Positions 1 through 11,669 of a DNA stretch of 64,000 bases are shown here, piece after piece. How positions within the stretch are numbered: position 1 is the stretch's first letter; every line of letters begins with the position of its first letter. The notes under the pieces were generated by a model. The model was not told the DNA's origin. It did no database searches and saw nothing but the letters and a program-made list of their open reading frames with translations. A program made the translations under genes and the position numbers. The stretch comes from Trichinella spiralis (taxonomy: Eukaryota): assembly GCF_000181795.1 (NCBI RefSeq), contig NW_003526944.1, positions 4,195,754-4,259,753 on the forward strand. Reading direction: 5' to 3'.

Positions 1-2517
1 TGAACGCCGAAATACAACAGTGGAAGGCGAAATTCGAAAGTGAAGGTCTTGCCCGAGTAGACGAAATAGAAGAGGCGAAGTGAGTATTTTTTTTGGGGGG
101 GGGGGTGAAGTGTGTAGTTTTTCTTGGTCTTGTTATTGGATAATTGTAATTTCAGGCGCAAATTAACGCAAAAAGTTCAAGAAATGCAAGAAGCATTCGA
201 AGCCGCCAATGGAAAAATTGCTTCATTGGAAAAGATTCGTCACAAACTTCTCGGTGAAATTGACGATGCCCAAGTGGATGTAGAACGGGTGAGTCATATT
301 TGGTCGTAAAAATTAATATATACATTTATTTATATATGTTTTTTTTCTACCATTTCCTACACAACAGGCTAACAATTACGCCGCACAGTTGGAGAAGAAG
401 CAGAAAGGCTTCGACAAAATTGTCGACGAGTGGAAGAAAAAATGCGACGACTTGTCGTCAGAATTGGACGCAAGTCAACGCGAAAATCGTCACCTAAGCA
501 CTGAATGCTTCAAGTTGAAAAATTCACAAGACGAATTAATTGAACAAATCGAAGCGGTTCGTCGGGAAAATAAAAATCTCGTCCAAGAAATCAAAGACAT
601 CACAGATCAACTGGGCGAAGGTGGTCGCTCTGTACACGAGCTGCAGAAAGTTGTCCGTCGACTTGAACTTGAAAAAGAAGAACTTCAAGTATGCCATTTT
701 ATTGTGTGGATTTAAATAAAATTAATTTCAATTGTCATTCAGCAAGCACTGGATGAAGCAGAGTCGGCTTTGGAAGCTGAAGAAAGCAAAGTTATGCGTG
801 CACAGGTGGAAGTTTCACAGATACGTCAAGAAATTGAAAAACGCATCCGTGAAAAAGAGGAAGAATTTGAAAATACCCGCAAAAATCACCAACGTGCTTT
901 GGATTCGATGCAGGCAACGTTGGAATCCGAAGCCAAAGGTCGAGCTGAAGCTTTGCGCTTGAAGAAGAAGCTCGAATCGGATATCAATGAACTGGAAATT
1001 GCCCTTGATCATGCCAACAAAGCCAACGCCGACGCCCAGAAGAACATCAAAATGTACCAAGACCAAGTCAAAGAATTGCAGATGCACATCGAGGACGAGC
1101 AAAGACAACGCGAAGAAATTCGGGAACAATTCCATGCTTCAGAGAAGCGTTGTGCCATGTTGCAGAGTGAAAAGGAAGAATACATGACCGCTTCTGAACA
1201 AGTACCGTTTTGTTTATGAAATTTAAATATTCAACATATTGCTTCGTGTTCATTTATTTGTTTGTTTGTTTGTTTGTTTTCAAAACTCAGGCTGAACGTG
1301 CACGACGTCAAGCTGAAGCTGAATTGTACGAACTTCGTGAACAAGTCAACGAACTTTCCTCAACCAATGCCTCTTTGAGTGCTATTAAACGCAAACTCGA
1401 AGGGGAACTGCAAGCTTTGCATGTAAGTAACGGAACATCATAATTGTTTTTAAATAAAATATTACATAATATTTATATCCATTATCTCTAATTTTGATAA
1501 TTTTGATCAAGGCTGAATTGGATGACACGTTGAATGAGTTGAAGAAAGTGGACGAACAATGCAAGAAAGCAATGACCGATGCGGCTCGTCTGGCTGAAGA
1601 ACTTCGTCAAGAACAAGAGCACAGTATGCATGTAGAACGTATGCGTAAAGGTTTGGAACAACAAGTGAAAGTAAGAAAAAACAAATAACTGAAATTAATT
1701 TTCTATTGAAATTAATCAAAAATTCATTAATTTTCAAGGAAATGCAAGTTCGCCTAGATGAAGCCGAACAAGCGGCTCTGAAAGGTGGAAAGAAGATCAT
1801 TCAAAAATTGGAACAACGCGTATGCTTTGTTTTTAAAAATAAATATATAAATAAATAGCTTTCTGTTATCTAATTTTACAACAGATACGAGAATTGGAAC
1901 AAGAATTAGACTTGGAACAACGCAGACACCAAGAAACAGACAAGAACATGCGCAAACAGGATCGTAGAATCAAAGAAACCGAATTCCAGGTTTTTTGAAA
2001 CAATTTTGTTCTATAAATTTACATATGGATGGAATAGTTTAAATTAATGCCCTTCTAAATTGCAGCTTGAAGAGGACAAAAAGAATGCCGAACGTATGCA
2101 AGATTTGATCGACAAATTGCAACAAAAATTAAAGACCTACAAACGACAGATTGAAGAGGCGGTAAAAAACTGTTTGAATAAATTGTTGTTTAAAAATATT
2201 TTTTAATTTGACATATGAATATTTATGATTAAAGGAAGAATTAGCAGCTACAAACTTGTCCAAATATCGTCAACTGCAACAACAGCTCGAAGATGCAGAA
2301 GAGCGGGCTGATATTGCTGAAAATTCTCTAGCAAAATTGCGCGCTAAGAACAGAAGCTCAACGTCGGTCGGTGGCAACATGGCCATTTCGCATTCGGTAA
2401 TATGATTTTCAATTTTTCATCAAATTACATTTTAAAAAATAATAAATACATCTATTCAAGGCTTCCGGTATTCTGAGAAGCGCAAGCCGCGCTAGAATGA
2501 CCAACAACATGGACTGA
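1..2517 (+). CDS. Muscle myosin II heavy chain, C-terminal rod and tailpiece (5' part outside window)
   Basis: Exons <1-79, 156-288, 368-688, 743-1201, 1291-1422, 1512-1670, 1739-1819, 1885-1989, 2066-2161, 2235-2396 and 2461-2517 (TGA). All introns are GT-AG and the frame is continuous. Translation has myosin-tail motifs ([71 protein letters not shown]), closely resembling nematode UNC-54/MYO-3. I cannot assign the paralog. Confidence 0.96.
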
Positions 2518-4742
2518 TCGCTGCTTTGCAAACGGTGATTCCTATCAATTCCACGAAGAATCGTTAATATTAAAATTATTTATCACGTTCGCGCCCGTCA
2601 ATAATTACGCAAAAATGCAGTCAAAACAAAGAGATCGTATTAGTGAGCAATTGTTTCTAATTTTCTTAGGCTGTATCCCGTAAAATAAGCACTGGATTTT
2701 TGCCTTCTTATTTACTGCTCTACCCCAGTTTAGATTGTGTAGTTACATGTAACCGTTTTCTGAATCATATTTCTATAATCTTTTATTCTATTTTTATCTG
2801 TTTGCCTGTCTACTATATAAGCTATATTACAAAATTATTCCCCCAATTGAGAAACCATTCTGAAAAACAATTTCAGAGCAGTGTTTCTTTCACTTTCTTG
2901 TTTTCACCTTATAAAATGCTTTGAGTGCGCGTTTCTTGCTGCAAGAATAAAGAACGGCCCTAATAGAAAACAAATTTTTTAAATCCATGATTCTGTGCAA
3001 ATAATAAATAATGACAAATAAGAAATTAAAAATTTAATTTTTATTTATTCTTCGTGAAAAGACTACAAAAAATACAGCAGAAACTTTTATGCCCAATGCT
3101 GTTGAATTGAAATTTACTCAACAAGAGAAAAGCCAACAACATTATGTAGTTTGTATACCGTGTGGATTTTTGAAAATTGTTCATATCAAAGTTGGTGAAA
3201 ATTTAATTTATAAAACAGATAAACTTCGACGCGTATTTTTATTCAAAATTGTATAAAATCAAATTGTATAAATAAGTAAAAAATAAATTCAGAAAAATCT
3301 GCCAAATTCAAAAGTAAAAGAAATTGCTAACGATGACAAAGACGAACAGAAAGAAAATTAAGCTCTCGAAAAAAATTTTTATCATTACGCATGGTTTATC
3401 TGTTGAAAAATATAACATACATACACGCGAGCAAGGAAATTTGCAATCAGTGTTTTTTTGGAAAAATTAAAAAATGACGAAAATAACACAAGTTTAGAAA
3501 AGTTGTATAAAAGATAAATGAAAAGAAAATGAAAATTTGCTTACCGAAAAGTGAGGTGCAGCATTGTGGATGGAATATTTTCGAATGAACGCGACCCTAC
3601 GCAATGTGTCAATGTATCAAAGACATACGATATGACGCGTTGTAATTTATTTGAAATTGAATAATTTTCAAGTTCAATTGTATTGTTTAGAAAACAATCT
3701 ACAGTATGCATTTTTCAAATGGTACGAAATTTATGCAAAAGTTTGGTTAAAGACGTTTTCAGTTATCGAAATTAACACGAAAAAAACATTTTAATCTCTT
3801 TGAAATTACAAAGTATTTTATAATTTATCTTAAATAAAATTAAAGAATCTTTCCAATACTTTTGCTGTATAGCTAATTTTCAATTTGCATTTTATGCACT
3901 GAACTTCATGCTGTTATTATCCAGAATTTATTGATAAAATCTACTTGGTGTAAAAAATTAAAACAAAGTGTTAAAGTGAAAATTTTCACCATTATAGATT
4001 GAGTGAAAAATTGTTCGCTTGTGTTATATAACAATGCTATAACAGGTGATGCAATAATTTGATACTACTATTTGCTTGTCAGTTGTTCACAACGGAAAGA
4101 CCACGTAGATGACGATGACTTCAGACAATTGAAAATTACTTTCAAAAAATGCTAATAAATCAAAAACTGAGCGGCTGTTCAAATTTACAATCTCCGATAA
4201 TAATTGGCGTAAAATTTATAATCATAATTTCTAACGTCATTCAATTTGTTAATGTTATTAGAATTCGAAATTTTAATTAATGAATTTTCCAAAAGAGTGA
4301 CAATTTTTCGTTCTGAATTGCTGGCTTCATTGCAATGATTCAAAAAAAAGTTACTTCTAATAGAGTGAAAAAATAGTAGATGTTTTGAAAAAATAACTTT
4401 TGTAAAACTCAAATTTTCAAATTTCCAACTGTATATTGTAATTTTGTTTTCTTGAATATTGCTAACAATGAAATTGCAACACAATTTCACGTTCCATTCC
4501 TTGTTGAACGTTTGTACGAAACAAGTAGTAGTTTTTTTCAAAAAAAAAATAGCATGTGGTATGTGAAATTTTTGATTACAAAAAACAAGTCAAGAAAAAT
4601 TATTGTTCACTGGTATTTTTCGTTCAGTTAAACGGGTTGAGAATGATGACGACGAATATTGAAAAAAAAAATAACCCTTGATCCAATTTTCTTTTTTATT
4701 TGTGAAATAATCAACCTTGGTTCACATACATCGTCGACCGGA

Positions 4743-4750
4743 TGACGTCA
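4743..4750. promoter_or_regulatory. Perfect CRE palindrome (TGACGTCA) upstream of the PKI-like gene
   Basis: Exact match seen in sequence, 1.7 kb upstream of the PKI-like ATG. Function is inferred only. Confidence 0.35.
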
Positions 4751-6097
4751 GTCAATGCTTGAGATTAGCAACTTTTTTTCTGTTTTTTTTTTATTATTTA
4801 GCTCATAATATGAAGAAGTAATCGATTTTCTAACGTGTTTTATTGCTGTTAATAAAAACGTAAAAGTCGAAAGTGGCGGAAACATAAAACAAAAAATTAC
4901 AATGGAATGTTGAACAATTTGTTACATTTTCAAATGCGATCATTTTTCAAAGTGTCAAAACAATAAGAGATAAGAATAACGAAATTTCAACAATGCTTGT
5001 ACGTGTGGGTCATTAAAAATTTGAAAAATAAAAAAAATACACTTTAAATGTTTAGCTGATTAAAGTGAAAATAAACAAGCTTTTTATTCAATCAGTCACA
5101 GTGAATGTAAACTGCAGAAAAATGTTATTTCAATTATAATTAATTTACATTTGTTTGAGAAAAGAAAATGAGTAAATAAATTAATAATATTTTTTCTCTT
5201 ACTTGTTCGAAATCAGCTCTACCAGAAAATGTAAGCTATTAACTTTGCGTTTGGTTTGTTAGATATCAGTTTTGCCCAACGTACTGCCTAGTTGACTTTA
5301 TTATTTATTACATCCATCGACGGCCGTACACCTTTGCTAAATTATTAGCAGTGCTTTTTGTTTGTCTTTAATTAAATAATGCATTTTGCTTTCATTGAAC
5401 AGTAAACAATTGAACTGTTTATTATTTCAACGTCAGAATTGATTTAAATTTAAAAATTGTCATCATTGTTTTCATTATTAACCAGTTGTTGTTTAGAAAA
5501 ATTCTTCTCATTATAGTTAACTTACAAAATTAGCATAAATATTGTAAAGTAAGGTCGAGATTTTTTTTTCATAATTTACTCTTATTATTATTGAATATTT
5601 TTATTTTTAAAAAAACGTTTAAAAAATATTAATTGAATTGTGAAATTTCCCATAAAACAAAAAACAATTTCGCTTGATTGAAATCCGTTTGTCGTGTTTC
5701 ATACTGTAAAAATATGGTAAATTTAAAAATGGTAATCTCCGATGATGACTGGAAAAATATTATTTTTTGAACAATACAGTATACTACAAAAAAAATAGAG
5801 AATGTATATTTTTTGCCATTTAGGATTTTGAAATTGTACACACGCACACATACACGTTCGTTCTTCTGCTTGCTACTCTCCAAGCTTGCAGTTGTGACGT
5901 GGACATGGTCTACGTCATCGTTTGTTGTCGTCGGTTGGCAAGTTTGAATGCTATTGCGTCGTTTGACATTAAAACTCAAGCAAGCCTGTGCAATTACGCT
6001 TTGACAGCTTGCTGTCACACACTTTGTCGATTATCGATTTCAGACGCTGAATTTAGCGCACACAACTCTGCTTTTTCCATTGATCGTTTTCAAATTC

Positions 6098-6105
6098 TGA
6101 CGTCA
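6098..6105. promoter_or_regulatory. Perfect CRE palindrome (TGACGTCA) proximal to the PKI-like gene
   Basis: Exact match about 350 bp upstream of the ATG. TGACGTGG (5895) and a CGTCA half-site (5913) lie nearby. Function is inferred only. Confidence 0.45.
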
Positions 6106-6454
6106 CCAACGCCCGTTCACTAGTCACTACTCTATTAACTGTGCTTGCCTGCCTGCCTAAGCGTGTGTGTGGATGTGGATGTGGATGTGTATGCTTTATT
6201 AGCAACAACAACAACAGTCAGAAAAGCTTCTTCATTCAAATTGGCTTTTCAAGCTTCGGTCGGGGGTTGTCTGTTGAAATTTCTTACCATGTCATCAAAG
6301 CAAGGTCAATATTATACAAACAAATATTATTCTGTTGCTTATTAATTTTCAATGTGGACATTTTCTCACGCTTATTTGTCGCGCCCATACGTCCATTCAC
6401 CCATACTGTACAGGTGGATAATGGATTATTTTTCTTCTGTATTTTCTAGGAGAG

Positions 6455-6667
6455 ATGGAATTTACTGAAGTCGTAGAAGAATCTTTCAAAGCATCGGCTC
6501 GGATCGGTCGTCGCAATGCGGTTGGCGACATTGACAAAGCGGACCCGAATGCTAAAATAGCAGCCCTTGTGCAAGAGTTGCAAAATTTGTTGCCATTCAA
6601 CGACTACAGCACCTCGCAGGGTGCGGCCGACCACTGCAATCATTGTGTAGCAGTTGACCAGACTTAA
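6455..6667 (+). CDS. cAMP-dependent protein kinase inhibitor (PKI family)-like microprotein, 70 aa
   Basis: ATG ORF lies 5 nt after a pyrimidine-rich acceptor (ttttctag at 6449). FKASARIGRRNAVGDI matches the PKI pseudosubstrate [17 protein letters not shown]38/L42/L45 match the PKI nuclear export signal spacing. AATAAA signals follow at about 6916 and 6932. Confidence 0.82.
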   Translation: MEFTEVVEESFKASARIGRRNAVGDIDKADPNAKIAALVQELQNLLPFNDYSTSQGAADHCNHCVAVDQT

Positions 6668-8944
6668 ATCCACTGCAATTGGGAATTTTCCATTTCCATC
6701 ATATCATCTCCAACACGACCGTATAATATATAATCTTCGTTCAGTTTGTTGAAACAGGCATAACTTGGCACTTTGCCAACTTATTTAAAATACTGCCTGC
6801 CTGTGTGTGATTGTGAACTGAAAAATGCGAATGTCAGTCAATAATTTCCATCAACATTCTGACATCCATCTTCACATACATACATTTCATCGCTTAATAT
6901 TTACATATATTGTTTAATAAAACTAATAATCAATAAACTGTTGTGATCATTTTTTATTTACAAAACGAACATTAATTACAATTTTCGGGTTTTGTTCACA
7001 CGTTCAAACTTTTATTTATTGCGGTCATTTTGTGAAGATTTAATTTATTTTTTCTTTTAAATAAAATTTTCTGCTCTTTGTAAAAGTTCAATTTGAATAT
7101 GCTTGTTACAATTTTAAAACTTCATTTATTTACAGTATACTAATCTATTTAAATTTCATTTGTTAGAAAAATTTTGAAACTGAAATATGAAAACCTTTTT
7201 AAATATTTAAACAAACAAAATATCATAATCCATTAAAAACGTATCAATATTTCAAGTGTACACTTTAAGAAAAGAGCATCAGTTTTTGCGAACTGCTTTC
7301 ACTGTACAAATTTGCATACGTATGCGTGTGAAACGTTCACGTTTCAAATAATGTTATTTTCCAATAATCAACGTTTTTACATATTCGCACAGTTTTTATT
7401 GTACATTAAATTAATTTCACACAATTTGACATGTACTATTTATTTAATTTTTGCTCTAAATTTAGACTTTCCCAACCCGTGGATGAATGAATGAAAGAAG
7501 CTGTTAATATTATTTTATTTCAATTTTCTTCTTTTCATGTCAAATGAAATTAATTGGACAGTTTTTAGAAAATGAATTAGTTGTTCCATGGTGGCATTCA
7601 TTTATAAAAGTTGCAAATTGACAATTATAATGTATTGAATTGACATGCGGAAAAACAAATACAATCAGTTGAGTAAAACAGTAAGCATCAAATGAACGTA
7701 ATTCTAACATTACAATCGAACACAATATAGATTTTATTCTGTTTATTTCTACAAACAAACCAAATCAATTTACAACATAAAATATACAAATGCTAAATTA
7801 TTCGCTTAGCTCCGCTGGATTAATTATTTTTTTCTTTGGCATTCAACTGCTTCGATATTTTTAATTTACGAATTTGAATCTCCTGTATGTTTTCTTACTC
7901 TGTCAACAAACGTGATGAAGCGCTCAACAAAAAGATGTACAACTATTTAAGAGAATTTCAGCAAATTTTAAAACTTATGAAAATAATTTTTTTTTAAATA
8001 AAAGTATTCAACACGCAACGTGAATATGTCAAAAACGGATTAATCTACTTATAAATGATAACTTACGAAATATGAAACAGGCATCGCAACATAAATGAAT
8101 TCAAAGTTATTAGACAAAAAACAAATGTGTACCTTTATCAAATTCTACTTTCGAGTTTAATTGAATTTTAAGACAAATCCAAATTCTCCAGGGCATATTC
8201 GAAATGAACTTATTTTTCACTAGTTCAAAATTCAATAAAATTAATTTGCAAAAATACAACAGTTGAAAAAACTGCTTTTGAATTCGACCAAAGTTTAATC
8301 AATTGAAATGACAACATTCTACTAAATTACAAAATCAACAAAGTGTGACTGTAGTCGTACTACCGTAAAAAAATTTATGATTTGCACGTTACAATGCTTA
8401 AATGTTGATAAATTTTTCTGGTCAAAACAAGTAAAATGATTAGTTTAAAAAATCTTTTTTTCATTTTCATTCAATTGACAAAATGAACATATTTGATCAA
8501 ATATGCCTTGATGCTAATTTATTGCATGGATAATTCAATATGTAAAATAATTTTCAGCCGATTTTTAATGTTGTTAAAGCTACAGAATTAATAATATCAA
8601 CTTGTGTATATAAATGGAAAAAGAATTTCCAGTGCTGTTCTTGTTACATATGAATATGAATATTCTTAAAATTTTATTCCAAAGCAAAATTTTTAATGGC
8701 ATGCGGCGGATACAGTTCACGAACGGGTTTTGAATTGTGCAAGAAAAAATAAACAAACAAAGAAATAAAGTAAAAAAGGGAAATGACGACAGTATGATGA
8801 AAAAACAAAAAACGAAAATGATGAGCATGAGCAAGCAGCAGTAAATTTTGAAGAATGTATAAATATATGCACGGATGAAGAGGAAAAAGAAGAGCAAAAG
8901 ATGATCAGGAGAGAGAAAATTAGAAAACAAGAGACCAAAGAGAC

Positions 8945-8948
<4 letters not shown>

Positions 8949-8983
<35 letters not shown>
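8949..8983. repeat. (TG)n microsatellite
   Basis: About 17 perfect TG units seen directly. Confidence 0.95.
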
Positions 8984-8985
<2 letters not shown>

Positions 8986-10054
8986 TGTCAAAAGCAGTGG
9001 AACATTGGATGAATGAAAATTAAAACTCCAGTTCTACTCTTTCTCCAATAAACAATTGGAAATGGTCAATGGTCAGTCAGCAGCAGATTGATCACGTACA
9101 AATCAGGAATACAATCAATCACAGAATATTCAGGATATAACAACAAGATGGAATAAAAAATTCTTTCCATTATTCAGCGCGGATTGTATTGTCATGCAAA
9201 AGCACAAAAAAAAGAGATGATGATCAAATTTTCTTTCCTTCTTTTTTCCGTGTATGATAATTTTTCTTCTCATCAAAACCAATCCATTTCCATAACACGA
9301 TTCTTCGTCTGGGCAGTAAGAGAGAAATGAAATTCAAAACACATGAACAATTATGAATTCAAATTCGGAACAAAATTTGAATTTCAAAGAGAGAACTTCA
9401 ACAGAGCATCATCACTGAATATACAGTTGGTTGGTTGTTCGCATGAGCATTGCATTCATGCCTATCTTGAGCGACGACGGATGGACCGTATTTTCTTCTT
9501 TCCAATTCTACTTTGCTATATCTGTTCGAGTGGGGTGGGGATTTTTAGTGTCAATTTGGACAATAACGACGACGCTGGATCTCTACTGTGTACTGTATAA
9601 AAAGAGAAGAAAAAATCACAGTCTACCTACATACAGCATTCATTCATTCGTTGCCTAGAAATTATTGTTTCGTTTCAAACGAATTAACGGCAGCAAATAT
9701 GAGTAGAAATGGAGAGAAGGAGTCAAATAAAAGAAGGAAAAAGAGAGTAGAGTGGAATGGGGGGGGGGGGGGAAGTTGAGAACAATTGACACTTTTAACC
9801 AGGGCTTCTTTGAAAGCGGCCCTGCACTTTGGTTGGTGGCCAAATGTCATACCAGTGGCAAGGAGCATCCATAGCAAACAGAGAAGTCAAACTGCTATAT
9901 AGTGTTGATGTTGAAGAAATAAAAACAAACAAACAAACAAACAGAAAAATAAAACCAAAAAATAAGTAATGGCTACTAGTGATTCTGTTTCGGTGGCATG
10001 ATGACGTTACAGAATAAAAGAAAATAAAGTATCACAAAAATTAAAAAAATACTG

Positions 10055-11275
10055 TCAAACAGAAAGCTTGTTATTTTTACAACGTTCGAGAGGAAAAGTT
10101 GTGAAATTTTTCATTGTAAAATGCTGATTCAGCTGCAATGACAATCGCTGCAAATCTTCGGGCGTCGAAAGGAACGCCATTGTGAACAATGGCAAGTTCC
10201 ACCGACTCGACGATCCGAGGGGTTGCAAGAAGCATCCCGTCGGCAAAAACGACCCTACGGATGACGGGGAGTCCAGAATGTTTGCAGACGAGGCAGCATT
10301 GCGCAAAAGGGTCGATTGGAGACGTGCAATCAGCGATGCAAGCAGCTGATCATTGCCGCCCTGGTCGGCTCTGCTGGATACAGGAAGCCACTGGTGGTGG
10401 GTCGGGTGTGCTGTAGTAGAATACAGACTATTCAATACGGTCGATGGATCTGCGAATTGAAATAAAAAACAAAACAACGATTAGTAGAATAAAATTAAGA
10501 ATAATTTTAAAAAAATGATACAAGCGACGCACTGTAATACTTTACGCAGAGAAGCTGAAGAGGCATGTGAATGACTGACAAGCTCTAAGTAGATGAAGAA
10601 GAAGAAGAAGAAGAAGAAGGCAAGAAGATACACACACACAGAGCAAGCAAGAGAGCAAGAGAGAGAAACGAGAGAGAAAGACATAGAAGAAAAAAGAGCG
10701 CGCAATAAAAACTCCGTTCATGAATGAATTCCTGTACTATAAACTCCTCCTGTATATTGGCAACTCCTAAAAATGGATAATCCCCGCGCTCGGTGGCCAT
10801 TCTCTCTGCTGGTCGTGGCTTCCAAAGCGACGGCGCTTTTCCACATGTGCATGTGTATAGATATTTGAATATGCAGTATATAGATGAGCAAAAACTGGGT
10901 GCGCAAAAACTTCTAGAGGTGCAAATCTTCCACAACTGTTGCTTTTCTGCTGCGGTTGAATCCTTTTTTTTAATTTGTACATCACACTCTGCTTGGCCGT
11001 TTTTGGGCTTGCACTCTTACTGCCAAGCAACGTGCAAATCATACGGATAGGCAGATTCACCTGAAGGCGGTTGAATGTATCGGGAGGCCTGAGGATTCGG
11101 CTGCATCGCGTGTGTGAACACTTTTTTCTCACTCTCACCCGACACGAGGTACACTTCGAAGAAAAAAAAGATGAACGATCATCATAATCACAATCATCAT
11201 CAGCACAGCATAAATATTAAACAAACGTGTGTATATATATGTGTATCTGTGTGTGTGCATGCATACATACATACA

Positions 11276-11329
<54 letters not shown>

Positions 11330-11607
11330 NNNNNNNNNNCGCACGGTGTGCAATCGATATGCATATGTCTCCCCCCATCTATGCTATCTGTCTCTGTCGA
11401 TATATATCTCACACAACCGCCGGCAGAACAGCCACAGCCTGCACATACCCATCCACATACTTCTTTTTATTAGTAAGAACAACAGCCGCCACCCACCCAC
11501 TCAACAAACATGCCTGCATCCATCTCCGATGTGTATGCCCACCCGCCCCACACACACATGTAAGATGTATGTCCTATTTTTGTGTCTCTTCCCTTTCCAT
11601 ACCATTC

Positions 11608-11669
<62 letters not shown>

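Noticed and set aside
815..1800. Minus-strand ORFs over myosin exons
   Set aside because: Antisense shadows of coding exons with no family motifs.
1..2517. Paramyosin as an alternative identity
   Set aside because: [22 protein letters not shown] and ALKGGKK are myosin heavy chain-type sequences.
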